From the NCBI RefSeq assembly GCF_009914755.1, contig NC_060935.1: 64,000 bases of DNA; one strand, given 5' to 3'. This stretch comes from the human T2T-CHM13v2.0 reference genome, Homo sapiens. The notes below the pieces were generated by a model that saw only the letters and a list, made by a program, of their open reading frames with translations, had not been told where the DNA came from and did not search any database. Below are positions 16,298-31,777 of this stretch, piece after piece (the stretch's first letter is position 1; every line of letters begins with the position of its first letter). Position numbers and translations under genes: made by a program.

Positions 16298-18344
16298 TGT
16301 ATTAGGCCATTCTTGCATGGCTATAAAGATACCTGAAAATGTGGAAGTGACTTTGGAACTGGGTAACGGGCAGAGGTTAGAAAAGTTTGGAGGGCTCAGA
16401 AGAAGACAGGATGATGCAGGAAAGTTTGAAATTTCTTAGAGACTGGTTAAATGGTTTTGATCAAAATTCTGATAGTAATATGGACAGTGAAGTCTAGGCT
16501 GTTGATGTTTCAGAAGGAAATGAGGAACTTATTAAGAACTGAAGCAAAGATCACGCACGCTATGCCTTAGCAAAGAACTTGGTTGCTTTCTGTGCATGCC
16601 CTAGGGATCTATGGAAGTGTGAAATTAAGAGTAATAATTTAGGGTATGTGGCCAAAGAAATTTCTGAGCAGCAAAGTGTTCAAGATGTGGCCTGGCTGCT
16701 TCCTACAATAGATGTGGGAGCAAAAAAAATGACTTAAGGCTGGAACTTACATTTAAAAGGGAAGCAGAGTGTAAAAGTTTGAAAAATTTGGAGGCTGACT
16801 ATGTGGCAAAGAAAGAAAAATCTTTCTCAGGAGAGGAATTCAAGCAGGCTATGGAACAATTTGCTAGACATATTTGCATGACTACAAAGAAGCCAGGTGT
16901 TAATAGTCAACACAATGGAAAAAAATACCTCAAAGACATTTCAGAGATTGAAAAAGGAGCCTTTTCCATCACAGGCCCTGAGACCTAGGAGGATGGAATG
17001 GTTTCCTGGGCTGGGCCCAGGGCTGTGCCTGAGGACACTGCTTCCTGCATCCCAGCTGCTCTGGCCCCAGTCTCAGCTCAAAGTGCCCCAGATACAGCTC
17101 CAGCTGCTGCTTCAGAAGGTGCAAGCCATAAGCCTTGGCAATTTTTATGTGGTGTTAAGCCTACAGGTACACAGAGTGCAAGAGTTGTGGGGGCTTGGCA
17201 ACCTCTCCATAGATTTCAGATGAAGTATGGGAAAGCCTGGGTATCCAGGCAGAAGACTGCTGGAGGGGCAGAGCCCTCACAAAGAACCTCTACTAGAGCA
17301 GTGCTAAGTGGAAATGTGGAGTTGGAAGTCTCACACAGAAGCCCCACTGGGGTACTGCCTAGTGGAGCTGTGGGATGGGGCTCTCCATTCTCTAGACCCC
17401 AGAATGGCAGATCCACTGGTAGCTTGCACTCTCAGCATGAAAAAGCCACAGGCACTCAGCCCCAGCCATATGAAAGTATGCTTGGGAGCTTAATCCTGCA
17501 AAGCCACAGGGATAGAGCTACCTAAAGCCTTGCAAGAACTGGAAGTTCTCCTATACACCCCATTCAGCATTATGCCCTAGATGTGGGACATGGAGTCAAG
17601 GGAGATTATGTTGGATCTTTAAGGTTTAATGACTGCCTGTTGAGTTTCAAACTTGCATGGAATCTGTAGCTCCTTTCTTTGGCTGTTTTCTCACTTTAGA
17701 ATGGAAATATTTATTGAATGTTTACATCCCCTTTTTATATTGGAAGTAAATAACTTATTTTTGATTTTACAGGCTCATAAGTGGAAGAGACTTGCTTTGT
17801 CTCAGATGAACTTCAGACTTTGGACTTTTGAGTTAACACTGGAATAAATTAAGACTTTGAGGGAATGATGGGGAAGGCATGACTGTATTTTGCAATGTGA
17901 GAAGAACGGGAGATCTGAGAAGCCAGGGGCGGAATAATATAGTTTGAATACGTGTCCCCATCAAATCTCATGTTGAATTCTAATCTCCAGTGTTTGAGGT
18001 GGGGCCTGGTGGGAGGTGTTTGGGTCATGGAGGTGAATCCTTCATGGCTTGGTGCTGTCCTTATGATAGTGAATGACTTCTTGGGAAATCTTATGCTTTA
18101 AAAGTGTGTGGCACCTCCTCCCCAACTCTGCCTCTTGCTCTCTCTCTTACTATGTGATGTAACTGTTCCTCCTTCACCTTCTGCCATGAATAAAAGTTCC
18201 CTGAGGCCTTGCCAGGAGCTAAGCAGATGCTGGCACCATGCTTCCTATACATCCTGCAAAAGCATGAGTCAATTAAACCTCTTTTATTTACAGATACATA
18301 TTTATAGGAATTTCATTATAGTAATGCAAGAATGACCAAATATG
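16298..18344 (+). mobile_element. MaLR provirus (MSTA/MSTB type): inverted U5 stub + internal region + one 3' LTR
   Basis: MST-int start (ctataaagatacctgaaaatgtggaagtgactttggaactgggtaac), purine tract agccaggggcggaa before the LTR at 17935, TSD TCAAG at 16293-16297 and 18345-18349. Confidence 0.92.
17935..18344 (+). mobile_element. MSTA/MSTB-type LTR
   Basis: gtgtccccatcaaatctcatgttgaa...gaggtggggcctggtgggaggtg...caattaaacctctttt...ttatagtaatgcaagaatgaccaaata. Confidence 0.92.
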
Positions 18345-20004
18345 TCAAGAAACTTGTGAATCTCTACAGTTAACAAGTGGCAGAGTCTAGACTAACACCA
18401 CAGATTTGTGTGATTCTAAAACTTGTCCTCTTCATACTATGTGACACTAAGCCACTCAGAGAGGTGCATAAGATAGGGAGCATGGGAGCGAGTGGCAGCG
18501 TGTCTAGCACATAACTGACACTCAAAAATGCTTGCTAAATCTTAGACTTGAATGACAAAGAACAACCAATCTTGTATTACATATCATATATAATTGATTT
18601 TAAAGTGACATAAGAGGTGGTTTGGTAAGCATACTATGTACTATGAATGAAAAGTAGTCACTATGAGGGATTGCCCTTGTTTAAGGTATTTCTAAACTCT
18701 CCCTGGTGAATCAAAATTGTAGTTTGAAATGCAGACCGGTACTTATTTACATTGTATATGTCTTGTTTATAATATATTTATATTATTTATAACATAACAT
18801 AAAAATAAAAATTTGTTATTGTTATTTAACTAATTTACTCCAATTGTTATGTTTTAGAAGGGAGCTTGGAAGTTTAAAATGGCCATTTTGGGAATTAAGG
18901 TGGATAACTTAGGGGTGGGTTGTGGAGTGAATGGAGAGAGTGAGGGAAGGAGCAGCTCAAATAAAAACATCCATATACCATAAAATTCTGCTCTACTGTT
19001 GCCAAAGATGCTGTTTTATGTATTAGATTTCTTCTTCAAACTTTGACATCCAAAAGATTCTACTTTTAAGAAGACATTTAAAGGCCATTTGTGTAGCGAA
19101 AACAAACAAACAAACTTGGGCTTATGTATTAGGAAGGTCTGGAAATGAAACCCATCTTCACTTCCACACTGAGTTGTGTAAGCTTGCTTGCCCTCTGAGT
19201 TAATTACTGTCAAGGGGGAGAGCAGTTTTTTCCTTAACTTTTCTTGCAAATGTTAAATGAGGTGATGGACATGAAAGCACCCCTAACACAGTGTCTGCAT
19301 GGTAATGATGCAAACAATATCTACACCCTGACTTTTTCTTAGGTTTCCTGATTCTTGCTTATAAAAACAATGGCTCAGAGGTTCTAACAGATGTTATGAC
19401 CTTTCTACCACACTGCTTCTTTTTCTGATATGAATCACTCATCATTTTGGAACATAATTTAATTTTAAAAGTACGATAGTGTGAGCAATTGAGGCCCAGT
19501 TGAAGGCATTGAATCAGAAAAAGGTCATGTTAACACATAAACATTGAAAATAATGATAATTAGGCAGGGAAAATAGCAAAACATATTAAAAAGGCAAGGA
19601 ACAATTTTTAAATGTTAACATCCCAATGTAGTAATATTTACACTATATTTAATAGTTGTATTTCAAGCCAGAATTCTGGTGCAAAAAGGAAGAAAAGGAT
19701 CTACTCAGCAGCAACTCCAGAAACACACACATGTGCACACACACAATCATACATGCATAGGTACACAAATGAGTGACTGCTATTTTAAAATGTGGTTATT
19801 ACTAATTATTTTCACACTCCTCAGAACCATTTACACAATAAATGTCTAACAAGTTAAAAAAAAAATCAGCACCGAGAAGAAAACAGGATACCATAATAGG
19901 CAGGATTTAATTTGGTGTTTGACAAATCTCAGAGGTTCAGCAATATGATCTAGATGTGTATATGAAGCCCTTCATTCTGAAAAAGACATCTTTGGAAAAC
20001 AAGT

Positions 20005-20205
20005 TTAAAGCATGGGCTTTGGCATCAACATCCAGGGCTTTGAATCTATTGTTTGTTGGCTGTGTAAGTGATTTAACCCCTCTGAGCCTATGTTTTCTCA
20101 TCTGCAAAATGGGAATGAAATTAACATGAGTCATAAAGAGTAGCTCAAGTTAATAAAGCCACAAGCATAACACGTGACACATAGTAATCAATTATAAATT
20201 TTATT
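20005..20205 (+). mobile_element. MIR
   Basis: ctctgagcctatgttttctcatctgcaaaatgggaat core. Confidence 0.7.
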
Positions 20206-20403
20206 TCTCTTCTCCTAGCTCCTCTTCTGAGGTGCCAGGAAGTACTCATTTCATCAGGCATATTGACTAATCCTTTTAAGTATCATGCTTAGTGAGTAAT
20301 ATTCATGTTTGATGTTATATAATTTTTATATAATACATGTTTAAGTTGCAAAACACTTCCATAACTATTATCTAAATCGGGCTTCACCAAGATTCTATGA
20401 TCT

Positions 20404-20456
20404 TGCCAATACCAATGATGGTGCCAATACCAATTGATGATGATGCCAATACCAAT
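20404..20456 (+). repeat. Three copies of TGCCAATACCAAT
   Basis: Copies at 20404, 20422 and 20444. Confidence 0.9.
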
Positions 20457-20539
20457 GGGGCAAAAAAACAAAGGCACAGGATACAAATTAGAGTTGATCT
20501 ACAACTAGACCCTAAGTCTTCCGGTTCTTAGAAACACAG

Positions 20540-21260
20540 TGTTCTGCTTTTAGACACGACAAAGTAATTAGTACTAAACTTGCCTTCCCACTGAAACTCA
20601 AAAACAAAAACTACACAACTTAAAATCTATGAAGAAAATGTTTTTAGACACTGAAAAACAGGCAATGAAGGACAGTATTCCTTGAGAGATGATCACCAAA
20701 TCATCATGAGCTAAATATTTGCACCAGCTTTCTGCTTACGGCCATTTTCTGGACTGCAGTACAGCAAAGTAGACCCCGAAACAGAGCATTGCTAAAGAGG
20801 CAAAAACTAGATTTGGGGCTACTGATGTGGGTGATATTTGAGAGACAGAGTGCTAGAGAAAATGAAAATGTTCAGAGGGTGACCATAAACGTATGAGGGA
20901 CAGTTTCTTATGGGGCTATTATCAAGTGTTAGGCTAGTCATAATCAAGAAAAGTGTACACTTAGCCTGGAAGAGAGCAGCTGCCACAAGGCTGAGCACTA
21001 AGCAGAAGTACTAATGAAGGCATAGGACAGTGGATGTTCAAGTTTTGTCCTATCCAGAGTGTAAGGATCTTGCTGAGGACCTCTGGCACCCAGTTAAGAC
21101 CCCAAATATGCAGAAGCAAGGAAAAGTATAGAGTAAAAATGAACAAAAACAATAATAATAGATCAATTAACTAAGCCAAAATTAAGTTCTTTGCAAACAT
21201 TTAGAAAAAAAAAAACAGAAAAAAAAACAGATAATCCCCAAGAAAGATTGTCAAGAACAA
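20540..21260 (+). mobile_element. Old L1M fragments (5'-region-like plus ORF2 piece)
   Basis: Resembles an L1MC/MD-type 5' region; gccaaaattaagttctttgcaaacattt resembles ORF2 (KSWFFEKIN region). Confidence 0.45.
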
Positions 21261-21724
21261 ATACTGTAAAGTAAGTCTGTGAGTCAGTTTTATCCTTCCT
21301 AATCTTTCAACTACACTATTCTCTCTCATTAACAGGGATGGGGACCTAGAGGCAGTCCCTTCCTTTACGGCTTATGACTTCCCTTTTCCAATAGACTAAT
21401 AGTTTCTAAATTAGAAAAAGTACCAGTAAAGCCACATATTTCTATGGCATTGTACGTCTTAAAACATACCCTTCTACGTCATCTTTTCTCATATAACTCA
21501 TATAACTCCTATGGAAAAGGCAAAGCAGGTTTCCATGAAACAAAGCTAGTAGAAGCTCAGAGCATGGCCAAGTTCACAAAGCTAGGAAGTAACTGAGGCA
21601 AAACAAGAGCCAATATTTTAACTCTAGTCCTGTTTTCATATTGAAAACAAAAAAATCAGAAAAGTGTTTAGTTCTGAGGACTTTTTCCCACCATCTATCA
21701 AGAATCATAATTGGCCAAGAATGA

Positions 21725-22088
<364 letters not shown>

Positions 22089-23711
22089 TTTTTCATTATT
22101 ATAAACAGTCAACATGCACCAACAAACAAGACCCTATGTCTCAGCCAGATTGCAAGTTCTTTTCTTCTCATTGTCTTTTTAGTTTCAAATTAAATAGAAC
22201 ATAGTGGTAAACTTTACAGGTTGGCTTAACAACTAAAATGAAATGTAAACATATATGAAATCCTAAAGAAAATTAAGATTCCATCTAAATTCATCTCTTT
22301 ATTTTAGTGAGCTCATTAGTCAACAAGAAATGAATGAAACTGTAACAAGGTAACATGAGTCACTAACAAAATAACATATCAATCATTTTTAATTAGCATA
22401 CTTTCATAATCTCAAATAGTTTTCTTTCCATTTTAAAGAAGTCCTTTCAGCTGCTTTTTAATTTTTGTTCTGAATTCAAAAGATAAGAATCCTAATTACA
22501 GTTTGTTTTTTAGTTTAGCTTTTTTTTTTCCTGTTTTAAGAGTGAGGAAAATGAGGAAAGGAGAATCATATTGCTGCCTGAAGACAGACTCACAGTAGAA
22601 AGGTTAGAGTTCTGTAGTTACTCTGGGAAGACTTTAGCTCTTCTAGATGATATCACACTCTCATCATCTTCACTTCCCCCTTTCTTTAGCTTTATTTTCA
22701 AAACACATGCTGGAGCCAGATTGCTTGGGTTCAAATCCTTACCAGGTGCATGACCTCGGGCAAGTGATTTAACTTATCAGAGCTTCAGTTTCCTCACTTG
22801 TAAAACAGGGTGGTTGTAGAGTGTATGGCTCTACAAGTGTTTGCTATTGGTATTATTATTATCCAGTTTCTTCACTGTTGTCCCCTCCTCTCCATTCCTT
22901 GATAACACCTTAATTCAGAGAAGCCACTGGCAAAATTTTTAAGACCTTGGGTTTTGGCATCAGGAAATTTAGGTTTGAACTGTGACCACACCACTCATCT
23001 GCTGTATGATTTTCAGCAATTTACTCTACTTTTCTGAACTTCAATTTCATTATCTTTAAATTGAGGATAATATTTGCTTCCATCTCTGAGGGATGTTCTT
23101 CCACTTTGCCCAAGCTATTCTTTCCCTGACTATACCCTAATTCTATGCACTCACTCAGCTGCCTTGATTCAAAAGCTAACTCCAGTCTGCGACTCTCTCA
23201 ACTTGCCCCTTTTGCAAATAATCATAGCCCAATTTCAGTGCATTTCTTCTCTTTTTATCTTGGGTTACGGCTGTTTATAAAGATCACATGTCTTTCCTCT
23301 TAATCTACAAGCTGCCGAAAGGAACAACTCAAGTCATACTCTCCTCACTCAAGTCTTGATTGTTAACGAAATGCATTTGGCTCCAAAAGATATGGGCTCC
23401 AATGGAGAAGCTTATGAGTGCTGCCATAGAAATGAAGTGACCATAAGGTAATTCCCAAAATGAAGGGATGCAACACTGCACCTCATATCAGGGTTACATA
23501 CATTACCTCCCTAACTTCTTTTCTGATCTAAACTGTATCCGATGGCAAAAACAGCCTTCTAATGTTATTTCACCTAGTCACTGAATTGCAAAATCCTTTC
23601 CCATTGTTAGTATGTCCTTTGATTTTTTTTTTTCATATTTCTGCCTCCACCTTCAAATCCCTTGGGAACACTTCGCTAATTCTTTCCTGGACCTTCTCAT
23701 TCACCCATGCT

Positions 23712-23767
23712 TTCATCTATCCATCCATCCATCCATCCATCCATCCATCCATCCATTCAACCATCCA
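23712..23767 (+). repeat. (CCAT)n microsatellite
   Basis: Seen directly; it produces the IHPS repeats in the ORF track. Confidence 0.95.
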
Positions 23768-23785
23768 ATAGAAAATGGACAAGCT

Positions 23786-24954
<1,169 letters not shown>

Positions 24955-25236
24955 TTTGTGGCAAATAACATGTGACATAGGTTCTGCCCTCTTACAAATT
25001 TTTAAATATGTAGTACAATATTGTTAACTACATGTATGTTGTTGTTCAGCAGATTTCTAGAATTTTTTTCATTTAACATGCCTGAAACTCTATAGCCATG
25101 AACAGCAACTCCTTATTTCTCCCACCCTCAAGGCCCTGGCAACCCTCATGCTGGTATCTACTTCTATAAGTTGGACTATTGTAGATTCATCATATAAATT
25201 GAATCACACAGTATTTGTCCTTCTGTGACTGGTTAA

Positions 25237-25620
<384 letters not shown>

Positions 25621-27820
25621 TAAGAATAAATAATATTCCATTATATGTATTTACATATTTTTTAAACAACTCATCTGTTGATGGACTTTTAGGTTGTTTC
25701 CACATCTTTGCTATTATAAATAATGTTGTGATTAACATTAAAGCTAATATCTTTTTCAAGATTCTGATTTTGATTCTCTGAGTAAATACCAGAAGCAGAA
25801 TTGTTGGACCAAATGGTAGTTCTATTTTTAATATTTTGAGGAAACTTTACATGGTTTTTCCATAGTAATTACACCATTTTGCAGTCCCACCAACAGTGTA
25901 GGAGTGTTCTAATTTCACCACATCCTTGTCAATACTTGTCTTCCATTTTTTAGATAGTAGACATCTTAAGAAGTGTGCAGTGATATCGCATTGTCTCACT
26001 GTGGCTTTGATTTGCATTTCCCTGATAACTGGTGACATTGAGCATATTTTCATATACCTGGGAACCATTTGTATGTCTTCTTTGAAGAAATGTCTCTTCT
26101 CTTCAATTCTTTAGCCTATTTTTAAAGCATGTTAATCATTTTTTAATTGAATAGTATCAGTAACATGCATTTTTAAAATTAACCTTTTATCAGATATATA
26201 GTTTGCAAACATTTTCTCATATTCTATAAGTTGTCTTTTTACCCTGTTGACTGGATATCCAGTTTTCCCACCATTATTTGTTGAAGAGACTCTTCTTTCC
26301 ACAATATGTCATTTTGGCACCCTTGTTAAAGATCATTTTATTATATATGCAAAGGTTTACGTATCTACGTGTCTGTCTTTATGCCAGTATCATACTGTTT
26401 TGATTTCTGTAGCTTTTTGTAATATGTTTTAAAGTCAGGAAGTATAAGCCGTCCAGCTTTGTTCTTCCTTTTTCAAGATTGTTTTGGCTATTCAGGGTGC
26501 TTTGTGGTTTCATACAAATTTTAAGAGTTTTTTTTTTTTTTTCTATATCTGCAATAAATGTCATTGAAATTTTGGTAGGGATCGCATTGAATTTGTAGAT
26601 CATTTTGAATACATGGACATTTTAGTAATATTAAATCTTCTAATCCATGAACATGAAGTATCTTTCCATTTATATGTATCCTCTTAAATTTCTTTCATCA
26701 ATGTCTTAGAGTTTTCAGTGTATGTCTTTCACCTTCTAGTTGCATTTACTCCTAAGTATTTTGTTTTGTTTGTATTCTACTGGAAATGGAATCATTTTCC
26801 TAATTTCTTTTTTGGATTGTTTATTTTAATGTATATAAATGAAACTGATTTTGGTTTTTGATTTTTTATCCTGCAACTTCATCAGTTTTTTAAAATAGTT
26901 TTAACTAATTTTTGTGGAACCTTTAGGGTTTTCTACATATAAGTTTATGTCATTTGCAAACAAAGATAATTTTACTTCCTTTCTGATTTGGCCTTTCATT
27001 TTTTTTCCTTGCTCTGGGTAGGAATTCCAGCATTATCTTTTATAGAAATGGTGAAGGTAGGTATTTTTGCTGTGTTCCTGATCTTACAGGAAAACTTTCC
27101 AGTTTTTTAATCATTGAGTATAATGCTACCTGTGGACTTTTCATATATGGGCTTTATTATGTTATTTTTCTGCTCTCATTTTTATTATTATAGTGTATTA
27201 GTTTATTCTTTTTTGTTACTCGAATAAAACTAGATTGTTTATTTGTAACCATTTTTCCTTTTTAATGTAGGCATTTACTGCTACAAATGTCCCCCTTAGT
27301 CTTGCTTTTGCAGCATCCCATAAATTTTGATATAGTGTATTTTCATTTCATTTGTCTAAAGATTTTTTTATTCCTTTTTCTTTCTTCATTGATTCCCGGG
27401 TTGTTCAACAGTGTGTTGCTTAATTTTCATATATTTGTGAATTTTCCAATTTTCCTTCTGTTATTAGTTTACGGTTTAATTCACTGTGGTCAGAAAAGAT
27501 ACTTGGTAGGAGTTTAATCTTCTGAAAGTCTTTGTTAAAAACTTTTCTTGTGACCTAACATGTGATCTATTCTAGAGAATGTTCTGTACATGCTTAAGAT
27601 GAATATGTATTCTACTGCTGTTGAGTGAAATGTTCTGTATATGTCTGTTAGCCCCATTTGGTCTTTATTATAAAGTCCTCTATTTGTTTATTGATCTTCT
27701 GTGTGAATGTTCTATACATTATTGAAAGTGAAATCTGCTATTATTATTGTGTTGCTATCTATTTTTCTCTTATTGCTGTCAATGTTTGCTTTATGTATTT
27801 GGGTGATCTGATATTGAGTG

Positions 27821-27858
<38 letters not shown>

Positions 27859-27860
27859 TA
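27821..27860. repeat. (TA)n(CA)n microsatellite
   Basis: Seen directly. Confidence 0.9.
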
Positions 27861-28728
27861 TTTATATATTTATATTGTCATCTTCATGGTGAATTGAGAC
27901 TTTTGTCATTAGGTAATGTCTTTTCTTGTCTCTTGTGATCATTTTTGACCTAAACTGTATTTTGTCTTATATAAACGTAGCCACCCCATTATCTTTTGCT
28001 TAATAATTTTAAGGATATATTTTTCCATTTTTTTCACTTTTAGCCTGTGTGTCCTTCAAAGTGACTCTCTTGTAGACAGCATATAGTTGGATATATATAT
28101 TTTAAATTCATGCAGCCACTCTATATCTTTTGATTGGGGAGTTTAATCTATTTACATTTAAAGTAATTACGAATACAGAATACAGAAGGGCTTATTATTG
28201 CCATTTTAAAAATTATTTTGTCTGTCTTACAGCTATTCTGTCCTTTGATTCTCTTGCTATATTCCTTTGTGTTTTGTTTTTTGTTTTAATTTCTTTGTAG
28301 TGCCATGTTTTGATTCCTTTCTCATTTTCTTTTGTGTATCTTCTTTGTCTTATTTGAGTAGTTTTTGTGGTTGCTATGGGGCTTGCATAAAACATTTTGT
28401 AGTTATAACAATCTATTTTAAGCTGATAAGAACTTTATCTCAATCTCATACAAAAACTCTGCTTTTTTACCTCTTCACCCCAACACTTTATGCTATTGAT
28501 ACAATAAATTATGTATTTTCATATTGTACAATCACTAACATATTTTATAATTATAAATATTTTTATACTTTTGCCTTTTATCTTCTATACCAACATTAAA
28601 ATTGATTTGTACACCACCATTATGGTATTACACTATTTTATAGCCTTCTATAAATTTACCTTTATTAGCAAGCTTCATACTTTCATATGCTTTTGTGTTG
28701 TTGTGTAGTATGCTAGCGTGCTTTTGTT

Positions 28729-29094
28729 TTAACTTAACGGATATTCTTTAGTAATTCTTACAAGGCAGGCATAGTGGTAAAAACCCCCCAACTTTTGTTT
28801 ATCTGGAAAAGTCTTTATTTCATTTTCATTTTTAAAAGACAATTTTGCCAGACACAATATTCTTGACTGGCATTCTTTTTGAGCACTTTGAATATATTTT
28901 CCCACTCCATTATGGTCTGAAAGTTTTCTTCTAAGAAATCTGTTATTTGTCTTTCGGTTCACCCTAGTCAGAATCCTTTGGGCCTCTTGTATCTGGATGT
29001 TTACTTCCTTTTTCAGATTTGGGAAGTTTTTGGCCATTATTTTTTCAACTAAGCTTTCTGACACTTTCTCTCTGGCTTCTTCTGATGTTCCCAA
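28729..29094 (-). pseudogene. Degenerate L1 ORF1 remnant of the L1MB element
   Basis: IMAKNFPNLKKEVNIQIQEAQR and CQSRILCLAKLSFKNENEIKTFPDKQKL are ORF1p motifs. Confidence 0.85.
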
Positions 29095-30779
29095 AACGTG
29101 TGTATTGGTTTGCCTGATGGTCTCCCAGGAGTTTCATAGGCTTTCTTCACTCTCTACTATTGTTATTTTTCTCCTCTGGATAGTTTCAAATGACCTGCTT
29201 TTTAGTTAGTAGGTTCTTTATCCTGCTTGACGAAGTCTGTGGCCGAACCCCTCTAATTAATATTTCATGTCAGTTGTTGTACTCTCAAGCTCCCAAATTT
29301 CTGTTTGGTTTATGTTTTCTGTTTCTTTGTTGATGTTCTTATTTTGTTCATGCATAATTTTCCTGACTTCATTGACCACATTTATGATGATTATTTTGAA
29401 TTCTTTGTCAACCAATTTATATACCTCAATTTATTTAGGACAAGTTTCTAGAGATTTATTTTGTTTCTTTCATTCAGCCATGTTTTCCTGTTTCTTAATG
29501 TGCATTGTAACGTTGTGCTGGAATCCACATATTTGGAAAATGTCAACAGTTCCAGTCTATGGAATGGCTTAGGACAGAGATAGACCTTCACTAGTCAAGC
29601 AGGCTAGAAATTCTTGGGGCCTCTCAAACCTTTCCTATAGATGCAAATCCTTCCTGGACGTGTGTGTATAAGTTCCCAATTATACAGAATTGCTAATTTC
29701 CTTTTACAAGCATTTATAATTTTTTCCTCCTTCTGATGTCTGCTGTGGTACTCCAGTTCTCTTGTTCTCAGAGGCTCTCAGGCTTTTAAAGTATATTGGC
29801 CCAGAGAGAAATTTGTTCCTTAGGCAACCCCTTGAAAAGTCAGAATGTGGAACACACATACCATTCTTATCTCCCCCGACCACCCCCACCAAAGGGGAAG
29901 CTGTTGAACTGTGTTGGCCTCCATCTACTGTACCATGAATCATCTGTTACGGCAGTGCGCCACCCAGCTTTCTTTCATTCTCAATGACTCCTAGGCATCT
30001 AAAGTATGCTGGGTGCCCTCAGTGCACTGGAACAGATAAGACATAAACCAGCTTCTCAGGCAAACCCCCCAAAGCCCAAATGTTGGATGCACACTACTTC
30101 AACACTTTCCCTCCTTGGAGTCAAGTCAGAGTTGGAGTTTTCTTCCACTTGTTCCACGCTTAGATGGGGAGAGGAGCTATAGCAAGTGAGTGTGTGCTTG
30201 CCCAAACCTCTGCCTTTGTTCTTAGCAACCCTCAACCTGGTGCCCCTTTTTGTCAGTGTTTAGACTGAGACAGACAAAACCAGTCCCTTGGTCCAGATCC
30301 CCCAAAAGTCTGCACATTAAATGTATGTTTCAGTATTCTCTTTTCCTCACTGAGAAGCTGGGAGATGAGAGTTTTCTCTCAGTTGTGCCATGATGAACCA
30401 AGTGGAGGGACTATGATGAATGAGTGCCACAAGTTTTCCTACAAGCTTTGATGCATCTGGTTTCATGCTCACATGAGGTACAAGAATCTCTTGTTTTCTG
30501 GGTTTATCACAAAGGAAACTGGTTCCTGTGTTGTCATTGATTCAGTGTCTCCATGGGGGAAGGAGGTTCTGGGGCTTCCTATTCCTCATCTTACTGACAC
30601 CCAGGATTGAGCATCTTTTAATATGTTTATTCAGCCTTAATATTCCTACTTCTGCAAAATGTTTATTTTTTTCAAACTGATTTAGCATTTTGGAACCTCC
30701 ATTTTCTCATTTATTAAATGTAGGTAAACCTTTTATTTTCCTTATGAGAAGTTTTTATTACCAAACTGTACTTTAAAAC

Positions 30780-31010
30780 AGCAGCTCCTGAATACCAGTT
30801 CTTGGACGAATGTTTAGTTAGCAGAGCCAAAACTGAGCGAAAGTAGCAAAAGGGAAGGTGATAAAATTCAAATCAGCCAGCCCTCTCACCCAAATGCCCA
30901 TCCAGCGGGTCTGGGGTAGAAGTGAAGACTAAGATGACAATAATTTATCTACATTTCAAAGCTCCCTATATGATTTTGTTACAGCCAGCAAAGTTTGAGC
31001 TTCACAGCTC
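30780..31010. mobile_element. MER5-like fragment
   Basis: gggtctggggtag...aagctccctatatgatt...agccagcaaagtttgag. Confidence 0.45.
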
Positions 31011-31264
31011 TATATGGGTGCAAATTGTATTTGAGGTTACTACCAGTACTATTAAGAATAAAGAATTAACTTCAGTGCCTCTGGAAACCAGTGTGGAGGG
31101 GCTATTCAAGATTTTTTCTAAGGACCTTACGTATTTCTGCACAGGTGATATTAAAAATTCAAATAAAAAATATTTAATGAATTTGTAGGATCAATGAATA
31201 TATATTAAAATGTGAACACAACTGCCTGAGATTAGCTCTGTAAGTGATATCACTGGAATTTAGC

Positions 31265-31760
31265 AATTTGTTCACTCTTTCAATTAAACAATACTTTCTG
31301 AATGCCAAGATGTATGAGGCATTCTTTTAGCCTCTTGTTGGGATGCAAGTCTTGAAAGGCATGCATCTAGCCTTCCAATTAATGAAGGCACGAATCTAGT
31401 TAATTAAGGAAGATAATATGTGTGCCGAACAAAAAGTCATACAAAGTAGAAATAAGCATCATTACAAAGGTTGAGTAAAGAGCTGTGGGAGTCTAGAGAA
31501 AGGCAAGATTGCTTCTGGCTGGTAGATTTGGCAAAGTTTCCTATAGGAGATGGCATTGAAGACAAAGTTTCCTGTAGGATATGGAAGGGTTTTGAATAGT
31601 GAGGAATTTAGACAGAGATAGAGGCTCAGAGTACATTCCAGGAGTGAACATTAGCAAAGACGCATAGGTAGCAAGGAAACAAGAGGACAGATCTCTCCAC
31701 AGACACGCCTGACTTGAGATAAGCAGAATAAATACCATGATTAGGTATTGCAAGATAGCA
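31265..31760 (-). mobile_element. L2 fragment
   Basis: Reverse L2 3' end (ttcaattaaacaatactttctgaatgcc) followed by gagctgtgggagtctagagaagg. Confidence 0.6.
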
Positions 31761-31777
31761 TGAAATTGATTGAGGGT

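Noticed and set aside
16779-17525. 175-aa and neighbouring ORFs as a novel gene
   Set aside because: They lie entirely within the MST internal region, are fragmented across frames and show no splice context.
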